From Gemmata obscuriglobus (GTDB lineage Bacteria; Planctomycetota; Planctomycetia; Gemmatales; Gemmataceae): 32,000 nt of DNA. Position 1 is the stretch's first letter. Every line of letters begins with the position of its first letter. The DNA is taken from NCBI RefSeq assembly GCF_008065095.1, contig NZ_CP042911.1, positions 8,490,001-8,522,000 on the forward strand, written 5' to 3'. This document shows, one piece after another, positions 9,231 to 15,753 of this stretch. The position numbers were made by a program, and so were the translations under genes. Under the pieces are notes generated by a model. That model did no database searches, was not told where the DNA came from, and was given only the letters and a program-made list of their open reading frames with translations.

Positions 9231-10691
9231 GGTGCCCCTCTGGATTTTGGCCCGTTATTGGTTTTCCCAAAACCCCTTCCACTCCGGCCCCGCTGCTAAT
9301 GCCCCCAGTTCGACAAACGGTGCCACATGCCCCAGATTCCATCTCGCCCCAGTTTGTTTCATTCTGATGTTGAGCAATTGCTTAACCGTTCCCTCCACCA
9401 ACCCGCTTCCAATCGACTGCCCCCGCCGCAAACGCACCGCATAATTCAACCGCCCCTGTTGGCCACAAAAGTAATTCAATACGCCGCCCAAGGCGGCTCC
9501 GTCGCCTCCGGCGGGCATCTGCCCGGTCAGTTCTCCGATCCAGTCCACCAACCCGGGATATCCGTCTTCCAGCAGCTTCGACTTGCCCCGGACAAACGCC
9601 GTCGCGGCTTGGACCCCGGGACCGAACACCGCCTTCGCCCCGCTGGCGAGGTACTCCGCCCCATGCCAGAAGTCGAGGACCTGGGTCGCGTCACGGAAGT
9701 GCTGCTCGGACACGTTCCACAACCACTCGGCCCCATCCCCCAGTACCGTCATTTGGCTCGAATCGGTCCACTCCAGTCGCGTGGCCTCGTCGTGACACCG
9801 CTTCCCGAACAGGCTCGCCTCCTCCACGGCCGCGATCACCGACCGCGCCAACGGGGTTGGCAGGTCGCGTCCCTCCCAGTCCATCGCCGTGGTCGGCGCA
9901 CTTCGCTCGCGCCGGGCAAAAACGGCCATCTTGAGATCCCGCCAACCGTCCTCCACAGTGTTGACCTTGCCCGCGTCGATGTGCAACTCGCTGTCCACCG
10001 GCCGCTCGGTCCTGGCCGCGGCTTGGGCTCGGGTGAAGACTTCAGCGGTCGAGCGGTGTTGCCGGGTGGCGGTGGCCTGGGCCGCCGTGGCGTGGCAGAG
10101 TTGCCGGATGGTGTTGTCGTCCAATTCCCAGCCGACCACCTCGGCCAGAGTCACTTCGGCTTTGGCGAAGGACTGTTGGACGCCCAGCAAGACGGCCATC
10201 CGACAGGCGCCCGGGGTGACGTAGCCGCTGAGGCCCAGCCCGCGATCGGCTCCGAACTCGCCTTGCCCGCAAGTGGGGCAGTGGAAATACCTCCGCTCCA
10301 GCTCAATCGGACCAACGGCGGTCACAACCGTTCGGGTGTGCGGTCCTTTGGAGCGCCCGGGGTGCGTCTTCGCGCAGGTGCGGGCGCGCCCCCTTTTTGC
10401 TCGTCCTTCTCGATCCGTGAACCCAAGGCGGCACCGAGTGTGGTCCGCAACAGTTTGCGCCCTTGATCGAGTGCATGCTTCTCGCAGGCGGCCAGGACCG
10501 TGCCGTCGGGAGCTTCTTGGGCCAGACGATTCAGGTCCGTGAAATAGCCCAGCAGTTGTTCCAAGGCCAACCGTTCGGATTCGGTACTGTATTCTATAGT
10601 CAGCGTCGGCATCAGTATCCCTCCCAGATTGCCACGGCTTCCCCAGCCGGCTCCCATACCGTTCACAAATGCCAAAATCCAGAGGGGCACC
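9231..10691 (-). mobile_element. ISKra4-family insertion sequence (about 1.46 kb)
   Basis: Perfect 21-bp terminal inverted repeats: ggtgcccctctggattttggc (9231-9251) and its exact reverse complement gccaaaatccagaggggcacc (10671-10691). The transposase stop codon lies 4 nt from the inner edge of the left repeat. Confidence 0.85.
9255..10612 (-). pseudogene. ISKra4-family transposase, two overlapping frames joined by a -1 shift at an A5G5 run
   Basis: N-terminal frame from ATG 10612 (GGGAGG 7 nt upstream): MPTLTIEYSTESERLALEQLL...SRIEKDEQKGG.., stopping at 10322. The -1 frame continues ..KRGRARTCAKTHPGRSKGPHTRTVVTAVGPIELERRYFHCPTCGQGE...VLGDGAEWLWN...LDFWHGAEYL...GQSIGSGLVEGTVKQLLNIRMKQTGARW.. 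to the stop at 9255. These motif blocks are typical of ISKra4 transposases. The frames switch at caaaaaggggg (minus strand; plus-strand C5T5 at 10389-10398). Confidence 0.8.
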
Positions 10692-11004
10692 CCTCTCGTA
10701 ACCCTGCACCGCACCCGAAAAGGACTAAAGTCCCGGTGGTGATGCTACAGACTCAGTTTTTGCTGCGAATTGGGGGCGCCGGCAGCCCGCGTTTCCGTTT
10801 TAACCCTCACCCGGATGATATCCGCTCCTCCGCTCGTAATCCGCGGCGGGTCGTGCCGGTCGTAAGCCCTTACGGTTTACCCAGATTCAGCGTGTTCTCA
10901 TTTCTTCCGGAGTAAAATCGGTTACGCTCGAAACACCTCCGACACACCACAGGTAACGATCCCCACCCGCCAACGGATTCGTGTGGGCGGAGGTAGGTAT
11001 CACT

Positions 11005-12774
11005 ATGCAACTACTTCAGACCCTCGTTCACCGCGGCCTGCTCCCCGAGGGCGACCGGTTCCGCGCCAGCGAAGCGATCAAAGCCAGCCCCGACTACCCG
11101 CCCCACCAGGTCCTGATCGACAAGGGCTTCGTTCGCGAGGACGCGCTCCTGCCGGTCCTGGCCGAGGAGTTCGGCCTCGAACAGGTGGACCTGTCCCACG
11201 CGAAGATCGAAAAGGACGTGCTCGCGGCCATGCCGCAGAAGCTGGTCCACCGCAAGAACCTGATGCCGGTCGCGCGGCACAACGGCACCCTGATCGTCGC
11301 CACCAGCGACCCGTTCGACGTGTACGCGCTCGACGAGCTGCAGACGCTCACCGGGCTCCACGTGATGCCGGTGCTGGCCCCGGCCCGCGAGATCACCCGC
11401 CTCATCAAGCAGCACTTCGGGGTCGGCGGCGACACCGTCGCGGCGCTCGCCGAGGAGGCCAAGAACCAGGACGACATCGAGCTGCTCGAGGCGCTCGAGA
11501 CCGACGACTCCGAGATGGCGAAGGCCGCCCAGGAGGCGTCGGTCGTCAAGCTCGTGAACCAGATCCTCGTGGAGGCGGCGAACGAGCGCGCCTCCGACAT
11601 CCACGTCGAGACGGAAGAGAAGGGCATCCGCATCCGCTACCGGATCGACGGGCTGCTGCAGAACCAGAACCTGCCGCCGGAGATCAACCGGTTCGCGCTG
11701 GCGATCGTGAGCCGCCTGAAGATCATGGCGCGACTCAACATCGCCGAGAAGCGGCTCCCGCAGGACGGCCGCATCAAGATGAAGGTGCAGGGCCGCGAGA
11801 TCGACGTCCGCGTGTCCATCATCCCGATGATCCACGGCGAGGGGATCGTCATGCGGCTGCTCGACAAGGGCCGCATGTCGTTCAACCTCAAGAACTGCGG
11901 GATGCTGCCGGACATCTACGGGAAGTTCAAGCAGGTCATCGACCGGCCCCACGGGATCGTCCTCGTCACCGGCCCCACCGGGTCCGGGAAGTCCACGACC
12001 CTCTACTCCGCGCTCAACGAGATCAAGGACGAGGTCACCAAGATCATCACGGTCGAGGACCCCGTCGAGTACAACCAGGACGGCATCTCCCAGATCCAGA
12101 CGCACGCGAAGATCGGGCTCACGTTCAGCCACGCGCTGCGCTCGATCCTGCGGCACGACCCGGACGTGATCCTGGTGGGCGAGATCCGCGACAAGGAGAC
12201 CGCCGAGATGGCGATCCAGGCGTCGCTCACCGGCCACATGGTGTTCAGCACGCTGCACACCAACGACGCGCCCAGCGCGTTCACCCGCATGATCGACATG
12301 GGCGTCGAGCCGTTCCTCGTGTCCTCGACGGTGGAAGGGGTGATGGCCCAGCGGCTGGTGCGGACCATCTGCCCGGACTGCAAGACCACCTACGTGCCCG
12401 ACCCGGACGAGCTGCCGCTGGACTTCCCCGGCCGCAAGGGCGCCCCGCAGCCGGCCCCGGACATCGCGATCCAGCAAGGGCTGGTGGAGATGATGAACAC
12501 CGGCCCGGCGGCCGACGGGAAGCTGTGGAAGGGGACGGGGTGCCGCGCGTGCCGCCAGGGCGGGTACCGAGGCCGGACCGGCATCCACGAGCTGCTGCTC
12601 AACAACGACGTGATGAAGGAGCTGGTGGTCCAGCGGGTGAACTCGAGCGTCATCCGCCTGGAGGCGCTCAAGGCCGGGATGATCACGCTCCGCCAGGACG
12701 GGTGGCGCAAGGTGCTCAACGGCACCACCACCGTCGACGAGGTGACCCGCACCACCGCGGGCGACATCTCATAA
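11005..12774 (+). CDS. gspE: Type II secretion / type IV pilus assembly ATPase (GspE/PilB family)
   Basis: 589 aa. ATG 11005 is preceded by GGAGGT. N-terminal GspE_N/MshEN-type domain, Walker A VTGPTGSGKSTT, Asp/His boxes (ILVGEIRD, TGHMVFSTLHTND) and a tetracysteine motif CPDC..CRAC followed by GYRGRTGIHELL. Confidence 0.95.
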   Translation: MQLLQTLVHRGLLPEGDRFRASEAIKASPDYPPHQVLIDKGFVREDALLPVLAEEFGLEQVDLSHAKIEKDVLAAMPQKLVHRKNLMPVARHNGTLIVATSDPFDVYALDELQTLTGLHVMPVLAPAREITRLIKQHFGVGGDTVAALAEEAKNQDDIELLEALETDDSEMAKAAQEASVVKLVNQILVEAANERASDIHVETEEKGIRIRYRIDGLLQNQNLPPEINRFALAIVSRLKIMARLNIAEKRLPQDGRIKMKVQGREIDVRVSIIPMIHGEGIVMRLLDKGRMSFNLKNCGMLPDIYGKFKQVIDRPHGIVLVTGPTGSGKSTTLYSALNEIKDEVTKIITVEDPVEYNQDGISQIQTHAKIGLTFSHALRSILRHDPDVILVGEIRDKETAEMAIQASLTGHMVFSTLHTNDAPSAFTRMIDMGVEPFLVSSTVEGVMAQRLVRTICPDCKTTYVPDPDELPLDFPGRKGAPQPAPDIAIQQGLVEMMNTGPAADGKLWKGTGCRACRQGGYRGRTGIHELLLNNDVMKELVVQRVNSSVIRLEALKAGMITLRQDGWRKVLNGTTTVDEVTRTTAGDIS

Positions 12775-12897
12775 TTCGGAACGCGGAGTTCGGAATTCGG
12801 AGTGAGAACACGCGCCGAGTTTCGCGTTTCGCAATCAGCCTGTACGCGGCTTGGGACTTTGTTTTCGTTCCGCACTCCGAACTCCGCATTCCGAATT
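12773..12897. repeat. Intergenic palindromic element built from 7-nt periodic TTCGGA-type units (between gspE and gspF)
   Basis: The left arm aattcggaacgcggagttcgga[attcgga]gtg (12773-12804) pairs with the right arm cactccgaactccgcattccgaatt (12873-12897). The match is 21/22 plus gtg/cac, with a 7-nt bulge that is one extra repeat unit and a spacer of about 68 nt. The left arm starts inside the gspE stop codon. The right arm ends 6 nt before the gspF ATG. Confidence 0.8.
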
Positions 12898-12903
12898 CGC
12901 GCT

Positions 12904-14115
12904 ATGCCTGACTTCACCTACGAAGCGCTCGCCCGGACCGGGGCCAAGTCCACCGGGACGCTCACCGCCAACAGCGAGCGCGAGGCGGCGCTGATCCTCG
13001 ACGGCCGCGGGCTGTTCCCGCTCAAGATCAACCTGGCCAAGAACCAGGCGGCCAGCGCCGGCGGGTTCTTCGCGGGGGTCAGCGGGCGCCAGGTGGCGAC
13101 CATGTACGCCCAGCTCGCCGACCTGCTGCACTCCGGCGTGCCGCTGCTCCGGTCGCTGGAGCTGCTCGAGCGCCAGAGCACCAACAAGTTGCTTCAGTCC
13201 GTGCTGCGCGACGTGCGCGCCCGGGTGGCCGACGGCACCGGGCTGGCGCAGTCGATGGCCGCGCACCCCAAGGTGTTCAACGAGCTGGCCGTCAGCATGG
13301 TCCGCGCCGGCCAGGAGGGCGGGTTCCTCGAGGACGTGCTCAAGCGCATCGCCGCGTTCGTCGAGCACCAGGAGGACCTGAAATCGAAGGTGGTCGGCGC
13401 GATGGCGTACCCGGTGTTCCTGGCGCTGGCCGGGGCCGGCGTCGTCGCCGTGCTGATGGTGTTTTTCGTGCCCAAATTCGAACCCATCTTCGAGAAGCTC
13501 AAGGAAAAGGACCAGATGCCCGACATCACGTCCCTGCTGCTGGACGTGAGCCACTTCATCCAGGGCTACTGGTGGCTGGTGCTGCTCGCGGTCGGCGGCG
13601 CCGCGCTCGCGTTCCGGTGGTGGTCGCGGACGCCCGACGGGCGCATGCTCCTGGACCGGATCAAGATCCGGCTCCCGCTGTTCGGCCCGGTGTTCATGGG
13701 GCTGGCCCTGTCCCGGTTCTGTCGCATCCTGGGGACCATGCTGCACAACGGCATCCCGCTGCTGAAGTCGCTGACCATCGCCAAGGACTCGACCGGCAAC
13801 AAGCTGCTGTCCGCGTCCATCGAGAAGGCGGCCGAGAACGTGACCGCCGGGCAGAAGCTGGCCGACCCGCTCCGCAAGAGCGGACACTTCCCCAACGACC
13901 TCGTCGAGATGATCACGATCGCCGAGGAGGCGAACACCCTCGAAAAGGTGCTGGTGGACGTGGCCGACGGCCTGGACAAGCGGACCGCCCGGAACCTGGA
14001 GCTCATGGTGAAGCTGCTCGAGCCGCTGATGCTCCTGTGCATGGCCGCGGTGGTGGGCACCATCGCGGTGGCGCTGCTGATGCCGGTGTTCAAGCTGAGC
14101 AACACCCTGGACTGA
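12904..14115 (+). CDS. gspF: Type II secretion system inner-membrane platform protein (GspF/PilC family)
   Basis: 403 aa starting MPDFTYEALARTGAKSTGTLTANSEREAALILDGRGLFP. Two T2SSF-type repeats and 3 TM segments, with typical length and position after gspE. The ORF-track start at 12802 would translate the palindromic repeat and is rejected. Confidence 0.93.
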   Translation: MPDFTYEALARTGAKSTGTLTANSEREAALILDGRGLFPLKINLAKNQAASAGGFFAGVSGRQVATMYAQLADLLHSGVPLLRSLELLERQSTNKLLQSVLRDVRARVADGTGLAQSMAAHPKVFNELAVSMVRAGQEGGFLEDVLKRIAAFVEHQEDLKSKVVGAMAYPVFLALAGAGVVAVLMVFFVPKFEPIFEKLKEKDQMPDITSLLLDVSHFIQGYWWLVLLAVGGAALAFRWWSRTPDGRMLLDRIKIRLPLFGPVFMGLALSRFCRILGTMLHNGIPLLKSLTIAKDSTGNKLLSASIEKAAENVTAGQKLADPLRKSGHFPNDLVEMITIAEEANTLEKVLVDVADGLDKRTARNLELMVKLLEPLMLLCMAAVVGTIAVALLMPVFKLSNTLD

Positions 14116-14135
14116 GCCGCTCGTACAATCGCCAC

Positions 14136-14172
14136 GAGAAGGCGCGGGCGGGTGCCCCGCCCGCGCCTTCTC
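14136..14172 (+). promoter_or_regulatory. Perfect 17-bp GC-rich stem-loop between gspF and the major pseudopilin gene
   Basis: gagaaggcgcgggcggg (14136-14152), loop tgc, cccgcccgcgccttctc (14156-14172). There is no T-tract after it. A TATACT hexamer lies at 14198-14203, 37 nt before the ORF start at 14240. Confidence 0.6.
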
Positions 14173-14239
14173 ATGGCGGGTTAACCGTCCCGCGGGATAT
14201 ACTGACTGTAGGCCGCAAGCCGCCGTCCGCTCCTACCGA

Positions 14240-14719
14240 ATGAGGTTCCGACCCATGCTGCTGACCACGACCCGCCGCCCCTCGCCGGCCCGCCGCCGCG
14301 AGGCGTTCACCCTGATCGAAGTCCTGGTGGTCGTCGCGATCCTCGTGATCCTGGCCACCATCGCCGCGGTCGCCGTGCCGAAGCAAATGATGGAAGCCAA
14401 GAAGGGCACCGCCATCACCGGGTGCGCCACCATCTCGAAGGCCGTTGACCTGTACAGCACGAGCGTGTCCAACCCGGGCACCTCGGACGACGAGCGGCTC
14501 CCGCAGAACCTGGAAGCCCTGGCGAACCCGGGGTGGTCCTCGTCGTTCCTGCCGGACGGGGAGCGGAGCCTCATCGACCCGTGGGGCAACCGCTATCAGG
14601 CCATGAACGCGGTCAAGGACGACGGCATCACGCCGTACATCCTCGTGTACACGACCGCCCCGGACGGGACGAAGATCAGCCAGTTCGGGGCTGGCGCGAA
14701 GTCCCGCGTGAACCAGTAA
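14240..14719 (+). CDS. gspG: Major pseudopilin (GspG-like), prepilin-type N-terminal methylation domain
   Basis: The N-terminus ..RRREAFTLIEVLVVVAILVILATIAAVAVP is a class III signal/methylation motif with Glu at +5. The DPWGNRY motif is typical of GspG. An alternative start at ATG 14255 is possible. Confidence 0.88.
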   Translation: MRFRPMLLTTTRRPSPARRREAFTLIEVLVVVAILVILATIAAVAVPKQMMEAKKGTAITGCATISKAVDLYSTSVSNPGTSDDERLPQNLEALANPGWSSSFLPDGERSLIDPWGNRYQAMNAVKDDGITPYILVYTTAPDGTKISQFGAGAKSRVNQ

Positions 14720-14749
14720 CCTGCCCCGGTACCCTGAGGAGCGGTTGCC

Positions 14750-15295
14750 GTGACCACCCGCACCGCCCGCCGCCGCGGCTTCACGCTGCTCGAAGTGCTG
14801 CTCGTCATGGCGGTGCTCATCCTGCTGGCCGCCGTCATCCTGCCGGGCATGAACACGGTCCGCGGGGACTCCCGGCAGTACGCCGCGGTGGACGCGATCC
14901 GGACCGAACTGGGGGCCGCCCGGTCGCGGGCCGCACTCGAGAACCGCCCGTACCGGCTCGCCATTGACGCGGCCGGCAACCGGCTCCGCCGCGCCCCGGA
15001 CGGGGACGACTTCGCCGGCGCTGCGGCGACCGACCACCCGGACGGGGCCTCGGTCGCCGTGGACTTCGAGTTCGAGCGGGCGACCGCCGAAATCCTCTCC
15101 GACCCGTCCTCGTCGGTCTCTCCGGACGGCTGGCAGACGATCGCCGTCGTGCTGCCGGCGGGCACCTGCCTGGACGACACCCTCACAATCGGCGTGCGGG
15201 ACCGCGACAACCCCAACGCGGTGGTCCGGGTGAACATCCGCGGGCTGAACGCCACCGCACGCATCGTGACCGCCGCCCCGGAGAACCGGAAATGA
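14750..15295 (+). CDS. gspH: Minor pseudopilin, GspH-like
   Basis: GTG start with GAGGAG 8 nt upstream. MTTRTARRRGFTLLEVLLVMAVLILLAAV prepilin motif (G|FTLLE). 181 aa. The position after gspG matches the canonical order. The H assignment rests mainly on position and size. Confidence 0.75.
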   Translation: MTTRTARRRGFTLLEVLLVMAVLILLAAVILPGMNTVRGDSRQYAAVDAIRTELGAARSRAALENRPYRLAIDAAGNRLRRAPDGDDFAGAAATDHPDGASVAVDFEFERATAEILSDPSSSVSPDGWQTIAVVLPAGTCLDDTLTIGVRDRDNPNAVVRVNIRGLNATARIVTAAPENRK

Positions 15296-15753
15296 TTCGC
15301 CGCCCCGCCCCGCGCCCCGGGCTGTCGCTGATCGAGGTGCTGCTGGCGCTGGCGATTCTGATGTTCGCGCTGGCCGCGGTCAACCGGCTCGTGGAGGTGG
15401 GGTCGCAGCACGGGGACTACGCCCGCGCGTCCACCCGCGGCGCCAGGCTGGCGCAGAGCAAAATGGCCGAAGTCGAGGCCGGAACGGTTCCGCTCGACAG
15501 CCCCGCGACGGGGCAGTTCGAGAACGACGACGCCGGCTGGGCCTACGCGGTGACGCCGGAAGCGGCCGGCCCGCCCAACCTGTACAAGGTCACCGTCAAG
15601 GTGTCCCGCACCATAAGCGGACAATCGTTCGATGTCGTGCTCACGCAGATGATTTTCGACCCGGCCATGACCGGCTCCTCGGCCCAGGCCGAGCGCCCGC
15701 CGGCCGAAGAGCCCGCCGACACCAGTTCGACCACGACCGGAGGAACCCCGTGA
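15292..15753 (+). CDS. gspI: Minor pseudopilin, GspI-like
   Basis: ATGA overlap with the gspH-like stop. RPGLSLIEVLLALAILMFALAAV prepilin motif, followed by LAQSKMAEVEAG. Small size (153 aa) and position support the call. Confidence 0.75.
   Translation: MIRRPAPRPGLSLIEVLLALAILMFALAAVNRLVEVGSQHGDYARASTRGARLAQSKMAEVEAGTVPLDSPATGQFENDDAGWAYAVTPEAAGPPNLYKVTVKVSRTISGQSFDVVLTQMIFDPAMTGSSAQAERPPAEEPADTSSTTTGGTP

Noticed and set aside
7881-11004. Idea that the IS nest deleted gspC/gspD upstream of gspE
   Set aside because: The ISAs1 element has an intact 11-bp target duplication and the ISKra4 element has matching ends with a possible 5-bp duplication. This indicates simple insertions into a divergent intergenic region of about 400 bp rather than IS-mediated deletion. 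The question of where a secretin is encoded is kept as a finding.
12802-12903. Upstream in-frame extension of gspF (ORF-track start at 12802)
   Set aside because: It would translate the intergenic palindromic repeat (..RTPNSAFRIRA..). The canonical GspF N-terminus MPDFTYEAL starts at 12904.
10983-12911. 642-aa + ORF and 525-aa minus ORF overlapping gspE
   Set aside because: These are alternative frames of the unambiguous GspE ATPase gene. Their translations are Arg/Pro/Gly/His-rich with no motifs.
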